Assembly (NCBI GenBank): GCA_041917695.1
Contig: JAYRXE010000037.1
Location: 222,905-286,904 of the forward strand
DNA: 64,000 bases
Reading direction: 5' to 3'
Origin: Minisyncoccota bacterium
GTDB lineage: Bacteria > Patescibacteriota > Minisyncoccia > UBA6257 > GWB1-50-10
Part shown: positions 45,398 to 55,470 of the stretch, piece by piece
Layout: each line of letters begins with the position of its first letter
How positions within the stretch are numbered: the first letter of the stretch is position 1
Notes under the pieces: generated by a model
Databases searched by the model: none
The model's input: the letters and a program-made list of their open reading frames with translations, nothing else
Told to the model about the DNA's origin: nothing
Program-made: the position numbers and the translations under genes

Positions 45398-46008
45398 TTT
45401 CCCTCCACCGATCTTTTGGCTTTGCGGACGGAATAAATGACGGCGATGACGACGCCCGTAGCAAAGAGCGCGAGGAGGATGTTCGATGCGGCGCCTATTT
45501 TCGGCGCGTATTCCTCCCAGTATTTTCCGAGGATACTCCCGAGGATGGCATATCCGCCGCTCCAGATGAGTGCGGAAATGATGACGGCGGTAAGGTAGGT
45601 TCGCGGGCGCACGTGAAGCGCTCCCGCCGCAACTGACGTGTAGCCGCGTACGTAGGGGATGAGCCGACCCGCGAGAATTCCCCAAAAACCCTTTTTGGAA
45701 ACGCGCTCGCCAATTCGCTCGATGCGCTCCCGTGATAGCGGCAGCCATTTCGGCTTATGCCGGAAGATCTGTTCCTCAAAGAAATAGAAAACCCCGTAGA
45801 GGAGGGCTGTGCCGATGAAGTCAGCGCTAACGACGACGAGAAAAAGCACGGGCAGGCTGAAGGTGCCGATGGAGACCAGGTATCCCGAAAAAAGAAGGAC
45901 GAGTTCGTTCGGGACAGGGTTCGGGAAGCCGATTTCTTGGAGAAAAACGAGGCCGAAAACCGCAAGATATCCGTATTTTCCGATAAAAAGGGCGAGTTCA
46001 GGAGGCAT
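45394..46008 (-). CDS. DedA family membrane protein
   Basis: YGYLAVF...E.G.P.P.P.ELVL..SG; GRLIPYVR...AG. Confidence 0.9.
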   Translation of the reverse strand: MPPELALFIGKYGYLAVFGLVFLQEIGFPNPVPNELVLLFSGYLVSIGTFSLPVLFLVVVSADFIGTALLYGVFYFFEEQIFRHKPKWLPLSRERIERIGERVSKKGFWGILAGRLIPYVRGYTSVAAGALHVRPRTYLTAVIISALIWSGGYAILGSILGKYWEEYAPKIGAASNILLALFATGVVIAVIYSVRKAKRSVEGN

Positions 46009-46114
46009 GCATCAATTGTACTCGCTCCGCGCACCCTGCGGAAGCGATTTGCCTCTCGGGGCATGGAAGGGTATAAGAAAAAGCAGAAAATTAAATAACG
46101 AAAAGGAGGTTTGG

Positions 46115-46567
46115 ATGAAATTTGTGAAGATTGCGATGCCTCAGGAATCGGCACGGGGCTACTTCCTCTATCCGAGTATGCCGGAAGACAAAATGGAGCA
46201 TGATGGCTTCTTCTTGATTGGACAGGGGAATAACTGGGCATGGTTTGCGGTCGAAGCAAACGGAGATGGATTCACGCCCCTTATTGCGCAGGCGTGCGGA
46301 TTCCGTTGTCCGCAAAGCGAAGATGAATTTCGCATCGTCAAAACCTTTAAGATCGATCAAGCGCTTGCACTGGGCATCAGCCATATGCTCATCCTGCTTC
46401 AGGAATTCGTGCTTACGATGGTTGAGATAGACGATGATTCGTGCGAGGCCGATTCACTCACCTTGAGGGAATATTTTTCAGGCCTCAGGGTTTGCGTAAA
46501 GGAATTCTTGGATTTCATCGAGGATGAATCCGCACATCCTAATTTCACTTTTCTTAACCATGCATGA
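46115..46567 (+). CDS. Hypothetical protein
   Basis: Strong SD AAGGAGGT before ATG 46115; 150 aa; no motif recognised. Confidence 0.65.
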   Translation: MKFVKIAMPQESARGYFLYPSMPEDKMEHDGFFLIGQGNNWAWFAVEANGDGFTPLIAQACGFRCPQSEDEFRIVKTFKIDQALALGISHMLILLQEFVLTMVEIDDDSCEADSLTLREYFSGLRVCVKEFLDFIEDESAHPNFTFLNHA

Positions 46568-46689
46568 TCGCATGCGATTTCCCTCCCTCGCTTTTTCATT
46601 GGAACGAAAAGCACCCAGGGAAGCTTCATAAGCTCCGGCGCCAGTCGGGGCTTTTTCTATGGGTAGAGCCGTGTTATTTTTGTAGTGCT

Positions 46690-48501
46690 TTGCATATACG
46701 AAACTTTTGCATTATCGCCCATATCGATCACGGCAAGTCGACCCTCGCGGACCGGCTTCTTGAAGTTACGGGCACCGTCGAGAAGCGGAAGATGCAGGCG
46801 CAATTTCTCGATTCGCTCGACCTCGAGCGCGAGCGGGGCATCACCATCAAGATGGCGCCCGTGCGCATGAAATACGCGCTTGGCGGGAAGGAATACGTTT
46901 TGAATCTCATCGATACGCCAGGCCACAGCGATTTTTCGTACGAGGTCTCCCGCGCGCTTGAAGCGGTCGAGGGGGCGATCTTGCTCGTCGATGCGACGCA
47001 GGGCATCCAAGCCCAAACGCTTGCGAATTTCCATTCGGCGAAGAACGCCGGCCTCCATGTCATCGGGGCGGTGAACAAAGTCGACCTGGTGAAGGAGGCC
47101 GATCTGGGCGAATTGATCCATGAAATCGCGCTTTTGATCGGCGCGGAGCCGGAAGCGATCCACAAGATTTCCGGCAAAACCGGGGAGGGGGTGGACACGC
47201 TCTTGAAAAGCGTGGTCGGGGAAATTCCCGCGCCCACTGCTCGAACGGGAGGCGCAAAAGGCGTGAAGGGCCGGGCGCTCATCTTTGATTCATTTTATGA
47301 CAGCCACAAAGGCGTGGTGGCTTCGATTCGCGTCTTTGAGGGGAAAATCGGAAGTGAGGACGCGGTGTATCTCGTCGCCACAAACGTTTCCGCGAAGATG
47401 AAGGAACTCGGTACGTTCGCCCCGAAACTTACGCCGGGGACGTCGCTTTCCGAAGGGGAGATCGGTTACATCGCGACCGGCCTTAAGGATCCGGGCAAGG
47501 TGAAGATCGGCGACACCATCCTCGCTCCCGACGCGACATTTTCTTCAGCGCATGCGCGGAGCGCCGCCCTTCCCGGCTATCGCGAGCCGAATCCTGTGAT
47601 TTTCGTTTCATTCTATCCGGAGGAAAGCGACGATTACGAAACGCTCGTCAAAAGCCTCGAGAAATTGAAATTGAACGACTCGGCGCTTTCGATCGACCCT
47701 GATCAAAACGAGGTATTGGGCCGCGGGTTCAAGGTGGGCTTCCTCGGTAAGCTGCATTTCGAAATCGTCGCGGAGCGCTTGCGGCGGGAGTTCGACGTGG
47801 AGGTGATGAACACCTTTCCGTCCGTGCTTTATAAGGTAAAGCTGAAAACCGGCGACTGGACGGAGATCGTGAAGCCCGAAGACCTTCCGACCGATTATCT
47901 GGAAATCCAGGAGCCGGTGATTTCCATGGAGATCATCACGCCGACGAAATATCTGCCCGCCTTGATCGGCATCCAGCAGAAATTCCGCATGGCGGTCTTG
48001 AACAACGAAACGCTCGGCGACCGCATCCGTATTTCCGCCGAAATGCCGCTTGTGGAGCTCGTCTCCGACTTCGACGACAATTTAAAATCGGCTACCGAAG
48101 GGTATGCTTCCTTCAGTTACGAGGTGAAAGGATATGAGCGGGCCGATGTCGTCCGCGTGGATTTGCTCGTCTCCGGCGAACTGGTCCCCGGCCTTTCGCG
48201 CTTTTTCCCGCGTGAGACGCTCGAACGCGAAGCGCGCAAGATGGTGGAGAAGCTCAAGGATCTTCTGCCGCGCCAGCAATTTTCCCAGCCCGTGCAGGCA
48301 TCCGCCGGAGGGCGCATCGTCGCGCGTGCCGACATACCCGCCCTGCGGAAGGAACTTGGCAATTTCGGCAAGAACGGGGGAGACCGCACCCGCAAGATGA
48401 AACTGTGGAAGAAGCAGAAGAGGGGAAAGGAACGATTGAAGGAACGGAGCGAGGCGACTATCTCCCCATCCGTATTCAAAGAATTGCTGAAGAAGGAATA
48501 A
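46690..48501 (+). CDS. lepA: Elongation factor 4 (LepA)
   Basis: IRNFCIIAHIDHGKSTLADR, ERERGITIK, LIDTPGH, GFLG.LH, GGD.TRK.KL..KQK.GK; TTG start assumed. Confidence 0.96.
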   Translation: MHIRNFCIIAHIDHGKSTLADRLLEVTGTVEKRKMQAQFLDSLDLERERGITIKMAPVRMKYALGGKEYVLNLIDTPGHSDFSYEVSRALEAVEGAILLVDATQGIQAQTLANFHSAKNAGLHVIGAVNKVDLVKEADLGELIHEIALLIGAEPEAIHKISGKTGEGVDTLLKSVVGEIPAPTARTGGAKGVKGRALIFDSFYDSHKGVVASIRVFEGKIGSEDAVYLVATNVSAKMKELGTFAPKLTPGTSLSEGEIGYIATGLKDPGKVKIGDTILAPDATFSSAHARSAALPGYREPNPVIFVSFYPEESDDYETLVKSLEKLKLNDSALSIDPDQNEVLGRGFKVGFLGKLHFEIVAERLRREFDVEVMNTFPSVLYKVKLKTGDWTEIVKPEDLPTDYLEIQEPVISMEIITPTKYLPALIGIQQKFRMAVLNNETLGDRIRISAEMPLVELVSDFDDNLKSATEGYASFSYEVKGYERADVVRVDLLVSGELVPGLSRFFPRETLEREARKMVEKLKDLLPRQQFSQPVQASAGGRIVARADIPALRKELGNFGKNGGDRTRKMKLWKKQKRGKERLKERSEATISPSVFKELLKKE

Positions 48502-48512
48502 AAAATCCCGCA

Positions 48513-48833
48513 TTATGCGGGATTTGAAATATTGTTGTTTTCGCCTTTTGAGCGAGCAAGGCTTTTTCCGGCAACGAAGGAAAGTATCCCCATTACTAAA
48601 ACGATAACAAATAATGGAACGATCAAACGAGAGAAGTGAGAAAAGTTCTTTGCAATCGCGGAGGCTATCATATAGCTCCAAAAAGCGCAGCCTGTAACTC
48701 CCGTAAAAAACAGTGATACCGAGAGTTTTCTGAACCTGCCATTTAATATGGCGACAATTGCCAGAAATATGACGGAAATACCTATTCCAATCAGCCCAGT
48801 TTTTACTGATGACTCAAGTAATGATGCGTACAT
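48513..48833 (-). CDS. Hypothetical 3-TM membrane protein
   Basis: AT-rich ORF with SD AAGGAG and its own promoter. Confidence 0.7.
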   Translation of the reverse strand: MYASLLESSVKTGLIGIGISVIFLAIVAILNGRFRKLSVSLFFTGVTGCAFWSYMIASAIAKNFSHFSRLIVPLFVIVLVMGILSFVAGKSLARSKGENNNISNPA

Positions 48834-48866
48834 CTTTAACTCCTTTTGGTTAATTTTCTAAGTATA

Positions 48867-48895
48867 ATTATACATCAAAATAGTAAAAAAGTCAA
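48867..48895 (-). promoter_or_regulatory. Sigma70 promoter
   Basis: Minus strand TTGACT-17 nt (ending TG)-TATAAT. Confidence 0.8.
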
Positions 48896-48931
48896 TAGCT
48901 TGGCTTTTCGGAGGCCCCGGCGTGGGTGCTA

Positions 48932-48983
48932 TGTGGATAAATGCCGTTTTTTCATTGACAATCCGGGGGGTTTCGTACACAAT
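48932..48983 (+). promoter_or_regulatory. tuf promoter preceded by a perfect DnaA box
   Basis: TGTGGATAA at 48932-48940; TTGACA(48955)-17 nt-CACAAT. Confidence 0.6.
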
Positions 48984-49033
48984 TGAATACGTTTCGTTAC
49001 AGTCGAACGAACAACGCAAAAACAGAATTTTCT

Positions 49034-50233
49034 ATGGCAGAAAAAGAGAAATTCAAGCGCGATAAACCGCACGTAAACGTGGGGACCATCGGCCATGTCG
49101 ACCATGGCAAGACCACCCTTACGGCGGCTATCACGCACGTCCTCTTCATGAAAGGACTCGTGAAGAAGGAAGAAAAGGTCGACCAGATCGATAACGCTCC
49201 GGAAGAAAAAGCCCGTGGCATCACGATCGCGCTTCACCACTCGGAATACGAGTCGGAAAAGCGCCACTATGCCCACATCGACGCTCCGGGCCACGCCGAC
49301 TACATCAAGAACATGATCACCGGCGCCGCCCAGATGGACGGTGCGGTACTCGTGGTTTCCGCGACGGACGGCCCCATGCCGCAGACGCGCGAGCACATCC
49401 TGCTTGCCCGCCAGGTCGGCGTGCCTTCCATCGTCGTATTCTTGAACAAGTGCGACATGGTTGACGATCCGGAAATGATCGACTTGGTCGAATCCGAAGT
49501 CCGCGAACTCTTGAAGAAGTACAACTTCCCGGGAGACGAGACTCCGGTCATCCGCGGTTCCGGCCTCAAAGCGCTTGAGGCGAAGTCGGCGGACGATGAG
49601 GCTGCGAAGCCCATCCTCCAGCTTATCGAGGCGCTCGATAACTACATCCCCGAGCCCCAGCGCGCGGTGGATAAGCCGTTCTTGATGCCCGTCGAAGACA
49701 TCTTCTCGATTGAAGGCCGCGGCACCGTCGTGACCGGCAAGGTTGAGCGCGGTGTCATCAAGGTGAACGAGGAAATCGAGATCATCGGCATCCGCCCGAC
49801 CTCGAAGACCGTCGTCACCGGCATCGAAATGTTCCAGAAGCTCTTGGACGAAGGCCAGGCTGGCGACAACGTCGGCATCCTTCTCCGCGGCTTGAAGAAA
49901 GAGGACGTGGAGCGCGGACAGGTACTCGCGAAGCCCGGCTCGGTCACCCCGCACACCGAATTCGAAGCCGAAATCTACGTGCTTTCGAAGGAGGAAGGCG
50001 GACGCCATACGCCGTTCTTCAAAGGCTATAAGCCCCAGTTCTACATCCGCACGACCGACGTGACCGGCGAAGTCATCCTTCCGGCCGGAACCGAAATGGT
50101 CATGCCGGGCGATACCATCACGATTTCCGTGAAGCTCATCGCTCCGGTCGCGCTCGAGGAAAAGCAGCGTTTCGCCATCCGCGAAGGCGGCAAGACCGTC
50201 GGCGCCGGTGCGGTAACGAAGATCATCAAGTAA
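49034..50233 (+). CDS. tuf: Elongation factor Tu
   Basis: [44 protein letters not shown]. Confidence 0.98.
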   Translation: MAEKEKFKRDKPHVNVGTIGHVDHGKTTLTAAITHVLFMKGLVKKEEKVDQIDNAPEEKARGITIALHHSEYESEKRHYAHIDAPGHADYIKNMITGAAQMDGAVLVVSATDGPMPQTREHILLARQVGVPSIVVFLNKCDMVDDPEMIDLVESEVRELLKKYNFPGDETPVIRGSGLKALEAKSADDEAAKPILQLIEALDNYIPEPQRAVDKPFLMPVEDIFSIEGRGTVVTGKVERGVIKVNEEIEIIGIRPTSKTVVTGIEMFQKLLDEGQAGDNVGILLRGLKKEDVERGQVLAKPGSVTPHTEFEAEIYVLSKEEGGRHTPFFKGYKPQFYIRTTDVTGEVILPAGTEMVMPGDTITISVKLIAPVALEEKQRFAIREGGKTVGAGAVTKIIK

Positions 50234-50258
50234 ACCAACACCAAGCACCTTAGCCATC

Positions 50259-50585
50259 ATGGCAAAAAAAACAGAACTTAAAGAAAGATTGCGTTTGCGG
50301 ATCAAGGCGTATGACGCGCGCCTCATCGATTCGTCGGTGAAGCAGATCGTCGAAGCCGTGAAATTCCAGGGAGCGGACGTGCATGGTCCCATCCCGCTCC
50401 CCACGGAGTTCAAGCGCTACGCCGTTAATCGTTCGACATTCGTACATAAAAAAAGCGGGGAACATTTCGAACTCCGCGTCCATAAACGTCTTATCGACAT
50501 CCTGAATCCCTCCCAAAAGATCATCGAATCGCTCTCCGACCTGAACCTTCCGGCCGGCGTCGACATCGAGATCAAAATGGGCTAG
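50259..50585 (+). CDS. rpsJ: 30S ribosomal protein uS10
   Basis: [30 protein letters not shown]. Confidence 0.96.
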   Translation: MAKKTELKERLRLRIKAYDARLIDSSVKQIVEAVKFQGADVHGPIPLPTEFKRYAVNRSTFVHKKSGEHFELRVHKRLIDILNPSQKIIESLSDLNLPAGVDIEIKMG

Positions 50586-50625
50586 GGAACGCCGAAACCG
50601 CCGATGCCTCAGTCCCGAAAAGGAT

Positions 50626-50787
50626 TGACGCGCGCCAGAAAAAGGGATAAGATCGCATGGAAGCCAGTTAGGCAGTTTTTATCCTTTTATTAAAGGTACA
50701 ACTGAAAAACAGCAGGGCTTCCGCCCTGCTGTTTTTCTATGGGGCACCTCTTGGAAATCTCCCGATTCCAACGTGCACATACATGCT
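50626..50787 (+). promoter_or_regulatory. Promoter and structured leader of the rplC operon
   Basis: TTGACG-16 nt-TAAGAT; 15-bp perfect hairpin GAAAAACAGCAGGGC-TTCC-GCCCTGCTGTTTTTC at 50704-50737. Confidence 0.6.
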
Positions 50788-51213
50788 ATGACTATCAAAG
50801 CCAAAAAAGTGAAAATGACCCAGATTTGGGACGAAACGCACGTCATTCCGGTGACGGTTCTTTCCTGCGATATCGCGGACGGAGCCTCCATCGAGCTCGA
50901 GAAAGGGGAAAAAGTGAGCGTGACGGGCATTTCGAAGGGCCGCGGTTTCCAGGGCGTCGTGAAACGCCACGGGTTCCACGGCGGTCCGAAGACCCACGGC
51001 CAGAAAGACCGTCTCCGCGCTCCCGGTTCGAACGGTCCCACGGCGCCCCAGCGCGTCATCAAGGGCCGCAAAATGGCGGGACATATGGGCGTCGAAAAGG
51101 TTACCGTGAAGAACCTCAAGGTCGCCTTGGTGAACGCCGAAGAGAAGATTGTCATGGTCGAAGGGGCCGTTCCCGGCAATCGCGGGGGGCAGGTCATGAT
51201 CGTGAAGAAATAA
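50788..51213 (+). CDS. rplC: 50S ribosomal protein uL3 (internally shortened, 141 aa)
   Basis: KKVKMTQIW, IPVTV, TGISKGRGFQGVVKRHGF, KGRKMAGHMG, GAVPG. Confidence 0.93.
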   Translation: MTIKAKKVKMTQIWDETHVIPVTVLSCDIADGASIELEKGEKVSVTGISKGRGFQGVVKRHGFHGGPKTHGQKDRLRAPGSNGPTAPQRVIKGRKMAGHMGVEKVTVKNLKVALVNAEEKIVMVEGAVPGNRGGQVMIVKK

Positions 51214-51217
51214 ACAT

Positions 51218-51853
51218 ATGAACGCAGATATCCTCGACATACACGGCAAGAAGACCGGAACCATCGAACTCCCGAAGGAGCTTTTTGGTGTCCGCTGGAG
51301 CCCCGATGCGGTGCACCAGGTCGTCGAGGCTCATCGCGCGAATATGCGTCAGCCGATTGCACATGCCAAAACCCGCGGCGAAGTCGCCGGCGGCGGCAAG
51401 AAACCGTGGCGCCAAAAGGGGACGGGCCGCGCCCGTCACGGCTCGCGCCGGTCTCCCATTTGGGTCGGCGGCGGCGTCACCCACGGTCCGCGCAACGACA
51501 AGGATTATTCCAAAAAGGTGAATCGCAAGATGAAGCGTTTCGCCCTCGCTTCGCTTCTCTCCCGCAAATTCAAGGAAGGGGAAGTCTTCGTTTTTGAAAA
51601 TTTCTCGCTGGAAGCGCCGAAGACGAAAGCGGTCGCGGCAATGATAAAGTCCGCCGCACTTCCGAAGTCGGTTCTTTTCGTGCGCGATGCGTCGAACGCC
51701 GGTTTTGCCCGCGCGTCCCGGAACATCCCGAAAGTGGAATCGCTTTCCGAAAAGACCCTGAACGCGTATGCCTGCATGGCGCACAAAGGTGTTGTTTTTG
51801 AAAAAGCTGCGCTCATGAATCTCGCAAAAATCTACACGGGTACCGACAAATAA
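51218..51853 (+). CDS. rplD: 50S ribosomal protein uL4
   Basis: KTRGEV.GGGKKPWRQKGTGRARHGS.RSP.W.GGG..HGP. Confidence 0.96.
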   Translation: MNADILDIHGKKTGTIELPKELFGVRWSPDAVHQVVEAHRANMRQPIAHAKTRGEVAGGGKKPWRQKGTGRARHGSRRSPIWVGGGVTHGPRNDKDYSKKVNRKMKRFALASLLSRKFKEGEVFVFENFSLEAPKTKAVAAMIKSAALPKSVLFVRDASNAGFARASRNIPKVESLSEKTLNAYACMAHKGVVFEKAALMNLAKIYTGTDK

Positions 51854-51859
51854 CGACCT

Positions 51860-52174
51860 ATGAAAAAGACCACGAAAATCGAAAAGGTTGGCGGACAAAC
51901 AGCGGCGAGAAGCGTCATTATCCGCCCGTACGTCAGCGAAAAATCCCAGCGCGGCCTCCAGTCGGGCCAGTATTCGTTTCTCGTGGATTCCCGCGCGAAC
52001 AAAATTCTCGTGAAGCGGGAAGTCGAGGTGAAGCACGGCGTGCACGTGATTGCCGTCACGATGGCGCCGGTCCGCGTAAAGCCCTCGCGCTTCCGTGGCA
52101 AGGTAACCGCGTTTAAGAACGCAAAAAAGGCGACTGTGCGCTTGAAGGACGGGGAACGCATCGACACCGCCTAA
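51860..52174 (+). CDS. rplW: 50S ribosomal protein uL23
   Basis: P.VSEK, Y.F.V...ANK, KKA.V.L; operon position. Confidence 0.93.
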   Translation: MKKTTKIEKVGGQTAARSVIIRPYVSEKSQRGLQSGQYSFLVDSRANKILVKREVEVKHGVHVIAVTMAPVRVKPSRFRGKVTAFKNAKKATVRLKDGERIDTA

Positions 52175-52178
52175 TCAT

Positions 52179-53012
52179 ATGAAATCCTACAATCCCACAA
52201 CGCCGTCGAGGCGGCATTATACCGCGGTTGAGTATCGGAAGCTCGTATCGAAGGGCGGTCCGAAAAAGCAGCTTACGAAGCGGCTGAAGTCGCACGGCGG
52301 CAGGAACAACCAGGGACGCATTACCATGCGCCACCAGGGCGGAGGCAATAAGAAGGTGTATCGCATCGTTGATTTCAAGCAGATGAAGCTTGATGTTCCG
52401 GGCGTCATCCGCTCCGTCGAATACGATCCCTACCGCTCCGGTTTCATCGCGCTTGTTTCCTACAAGGACGGCGAATACCGCTACATCCTTGCGTCGAGCG
52501 ACATGAAACCCGGCATGGTGGTGGTAACTTCGGTGAATGCGTCATTCGATCCCGGCAACCGCACGAATATCGGCCGCATTCCCGTCGGTTCTTTTGTCTA
52601 CAATATCGAGCTCCAGCCCGGCAAAGGCGGCCAGATGGCGCGTTCAGCGGGGAGTTATGCGCAAATTCTCGCGCATGATTCGGGATACACCCAGCTCAAG
52701 ATGTCATCCGGCGAAATCCGCCGCATCCTTTCCTTGTGCTTCGCCTCTATCGGCAAGGTTTCGAACCACGAATATTCCCTTACGAATATCGGCAAGGCGG
52801 GCCGGAGCCGCGCACTCGGCATCCGTCCGACGGTCCGCGGTACGGCCATGAATCCCCGCGACCATCCGTACGGCGGCGGTGAAGGAAGCCAGCCTCGCGG
52901 TACCCGGAAACCGAAGACCAAGTGGGGCAAGGTGACCGGCGGCAGAAAGACCCGCGATCCGAAGAAATGGTCGTCGAAGCTCATCATGAAGCGGCGGGCG
53001 AAGAAGCGATAA
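52179..53012 (+). CDS. rplB: 50S ribosomal protein uL2
   Basis: GRNNQGRIT.RHQGGG, EYDP.RS, RPTVRGTAMNP.DHP.GGGEG. Confidence 0.97.
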   Translation: MKSYNPTTPSRRHYTAVEYRKLVSKGGPKKQLTKRLKSHGGRNNQGRITMRHQGGGNKKVYRIVDFKQMKLDVPGVIRSVEYDPYRSGFIALVSYKDGEYRYILASSDMKPGMVVVTSVNASFDPGNRTNIGRIPVGSFVYNIELQPGKGGQMARSAGSYAQILAHDSGYTQLKMSSGEIRRILSLCFASIGKVSNHEYSLTNIGKAGRSRALGIRPTVRGTAMNPRDHPYGGGEGSQPRGTRKPKTKWGKVTGGRKTRDPKKWSSKLIMKRRAKKR

Positions 53013-53061
53013 TTGACCCGCGCCTGCATTACCGATACAGTAACAAAACGTTTTATATATC

Positions 53062-53367
53062 ATGTCGAGATCAGCAAAAAAAGGACCGTACATCGACCCG
53101 AAACTCTTGAAGAAGATTTCGAAGGTTCTTCCTGACGGCAAAAATCCCATCAAGACGTGGGCGCGCGCTTCGGAAATTTCACCCGAAATGGTCGGGCACG
53201 TGTTCCAGGTGCACAACGGCAAGCAATTCATCGAAGTCCGCATCACGGAAGACATGATCGGCCACCGTCTCGGCGAATTCTCGCCGACGCGCAAATTCGT
53301 GAAGCACGGCGGAAAGATCCAAAAAGGCCTCGAAGCCCAGGCAAAGGCTCCCGCGCCGAAAAAATAA
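53062..53367 (+). CDS. rpsS: 30S ribosomal protein uS19
   Basis: RS.KKGPY, KTWAR, VHNGK, MIGH.LGEF.PTR.F. Confidence 0.97.
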   Translation: MSRSAKKGPYIDPKLLKKISKVLPDGKNPIKTWARASEISPEMVGHVFQVHNGKQFIEVRITEDMIGHRLGEFSPTRKFVKHGGKIQKGLEAQAKAPAPKK

Positions 53368-53373
53368 CGAATC

Positions 53374-53871
53374 ATGAAACAGGCAACCGCACATCTGAAG
53401 TATCTCCGCGTCGCGCCCCGCAAGGTGCGTTTCGTGGCTGACCTTATCCGCAAAGCCCCGGTTACGGAAGCCGAGGCCCAGCTTATGCTGTTGCCCCAGC
53501 GCTCTTCCGAGCATTTGCTGAAGCTTTTGCGTTCGGCCGTTGCGAACGCCCGCGTGCTGAAGCTCGACCCCGCGAAGCTTTTTGTCTCTTCGATCACCGT
53601 TGACGAGGGTCCGCGCCTGAAGCGCCTCTCGCCCCGCGCCCGCGGATCGGCATACATCATCCAGAAGAAAATGAGCCATGTCTCGCTCACCCTCGCCGAA
53701 GGCGAGAAGCGGGGCCGTGATTTCATTTTCCCGGCGAAGGAAAAGAAGGTGAAGCGCGAACCGGGCGTAAAGCGCGCAAAAGCGTCGCCGAAGAAAGAGG
53801 AGAAGAAGGAGCCCAAGAAGGGCGGCGAAAAAGGCGCGTCGCGCAAGCTTTTCCAGAGAAAATCAGTTTAA
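53374..53871 (+). CDS. rplV: 50S ribosomal protein uL22 with Lys-rich C-terminal extension
   Basis: R.APRKVR.VADLIR, SAVANA, VDEGP.LKR..PRARG. Confidence 0.95.
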   Translation: MKQATAHLKYLRVAPRKVRFVADLIRKAPVTEAEAQLMLLPQRSSEHLLKLLRSAVANARVLKLDPAKLFVSSITVDEGPRLKRLSPRARGSAYIIQKKMSHVSLTLAEGEKRGRDFIFPAKEKKVKREPGVKRAKASPKKEEKKEPKKGGEKGASRKLFQRKSV

Positions 53872-53880
53872 TTTAGAACT

Positions 53881-54567
53881 ATGGCACAAAAAATAAAACC
53901 GACCGTCCTCCGTTTGGGGATCACCAAAGACTGGCAGAACCGCTGGTTCTACAAGCGTCCTTTGGCATACTTCCTCGAGGAAGACGAGTTGCTCCGCAAA
54001 GTTGCCATGAAGAAGGTCCTCGCCGCAGGCATTGACGCGCTTGAGATCGAGCGTCTCGGAAACGACGTCAAAGTGTGGATTCGCGCCCAGCGTCCCGGCC
54101 TTATCATCGGCCGCGGCGGCAAAGGCATCGAAGAGTTAAAGGACGCGCTTATGAAAGCCGTGAAGGCGCTTCGCAAGAAAAACCAGCGCCCCTTGCAGTT
54201 CAACATCAACATCAACATCGAGGAGCTCCGCCGGACGGACGTTTCCGCGTCGGTTGTCGCCCAGCAGGTGGCGGGCGATATCGAGAAGCGCATTCCGTTC
54301 CGCTCGTCGCTCCGCCGCAATCTGGAATTTTTGAAACAGAACCGCGAGGTGAAGGGGGCGAAGATCAAGGTTTCCGGTCGGCTGAACGGCGCGGAAATTT
54401 CACGCAGTGACTGGCAGATCTTCGGCTCAATGCCGCTCCAGACCCTCCGCGCGAACATCGATTACGGCGAGGCGACTTCGTATAACACCTACGGGACGAT
54501 CGGCGTGAAGGTATGGATTTACAAGGGCGAGATTTTCAGGAACCGCACCGGACGCGAGAGCCGTTAA
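53881..54567 (+). CDS. rpsC: 30S ribosomal protein uS3
   Basis: QK..P..LRLG, RPGLIIGRGG, SGRLNGAEISR, PLQTLRA.IDY. Confidence 0.97.
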   Translation: MAQKIKPTVLRLGITKDWQNRWFYKRPLAYFLEEDELLRKVAMKKVLAAGIDALEIERLGNDVKVWIRAQRPGLIIGRGGKGIEELKDALMKAVKALRKKNQRPLQFNININIEELRRTDVSASVVAQQVAGDIEKRIPFRSSLRRNLEFLKQNREVKGAKIKVSGRLNGAEISRSDWQIFGSMPLQTLRANIDYGEATSYNTYGTIGVKVWIYKGEIFRNRTGRESR

Positions 54568-54574
54568 ACACACT

Positions 54575-54991
54575 ATGTTGCAGCCTAAGAAAACCAAACA
54601 TCGCAAGATGCAAAAAGGGCGGTCGAGAAAGCGCATGACGGAAACGCGGGGTCTTACGATTTCCTACGGGAAATTCGCCTTGCAGGCGCAGGAAGGCGCG
54701 TGGATCACCGGCAACCAAATCGAGGCGGTCCGCAAATGCATTACGAACTCGTTGAAGCGCGAAGGCCGCACCTGGATCCGCATTTTCCCCGACAAGCCCA
54801 TCACCAAGCTTCCTCCCGAAGTCACCCTGGGCGGCGGTAAGGGCAACCTCGACCATTATGTGGCCGTCGTGAAGCCCGGACGCATCCTTTTCGAGGTCGA
54901 CGGAGTGAGCGAGGCGCGCGCCAAGGCCGCCTTGAAGAGCGGAAGCTATAAGCTCCCCATTAAGACCAAGGTCGTCGTCAAAGCACACTAA
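54575..54991 (+). CDS. rplP: 50S ribosomal protein uL16
   Basis: MLQPK..KHRK, WIRIFPDKP, G.GKG, KLPIKT. Confidence 0.97.
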   Translation: MLQPKKTKHRKMQKGRSRKRMTETRGLTISYGKFALQAQEGAWITGNQIEAVRKCITNSLKREGRTWIRIFPDKPITKLPPEVTLGGGKGNLDHYVAVVKPGRILFEVDGVSEARAKAALKSGSYKLPIKTKVVVKAH

Positions 54992-54999
54992 CCGTACCT

Positions 55000-55203
55000 A
55001 TGAAACGCAAAGCATTACAGGATATGCGGACCAAGCCCCTTGCCGAACTCGAGCGGGAGCTTCAAGACGCCGAAGTGAAAATCCGTTCCTTGAAAGCGGA
55101 TATCATGACTGGTAAGGTGAAGAGCTTGAAAGAATTCCGTACGGTGAAAAAGTCGATCGCCCAGCTGCATATTCTCATCGGCGAGAAAAACGCAAACGCA
55201 TAA
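55000..55203 (+). CDS. rpmC: 50S ribosomal protein uL29
   Basis: Size, operon position, KK.IA...I. Confidence 0.88.
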   Translation: MKRKALQDMRTKPLAELERELQDAEVKIRSLKADIMTGKVKSLKEFRTVKKSIAQLHILIGEKNANA

Positions 55204-55205
55204 CT

Positions 55206-55469
55206 ATGGCAAACGAAACCAAAAAAGTGAATAAGCGCACCCTCGAGGGGACGGTGGTCTCCGCGAAGATGCAGAAGACCCGCATCGTCGAAGTGACGAG
55301 GCTTACGAAGCATGCGCGCTATCACAAATACTACAAGGTGACGAAGCGTTTCGCCGCCCATGACCCGGAGAACGCATATGCCGTCGGCGACAAGGTGCGT
55401 ATCGAGGATTCCCGCCCGGTTTCAAAAACGAAGCGCTGGACCATCATCGCGAAAATAGAGGCCAAGTAA
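55206..55469 (+). CDS. rpsQ: 30S ribosomal protein uS17
   Basis: G.VVS.KMQKT, H..Y.K, AHD, RP.SKTKRW. Confidence 0.96.
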   Translation: MANETKKVNKRTLEGTVVSAKMQKTRIVEVTRLTKHARYHKYYKVTKRFAAHDPENAYAVGDKVRIEDSRPVSKTKRWTIIAKIEAK

Positions 55470-55470
55470 C

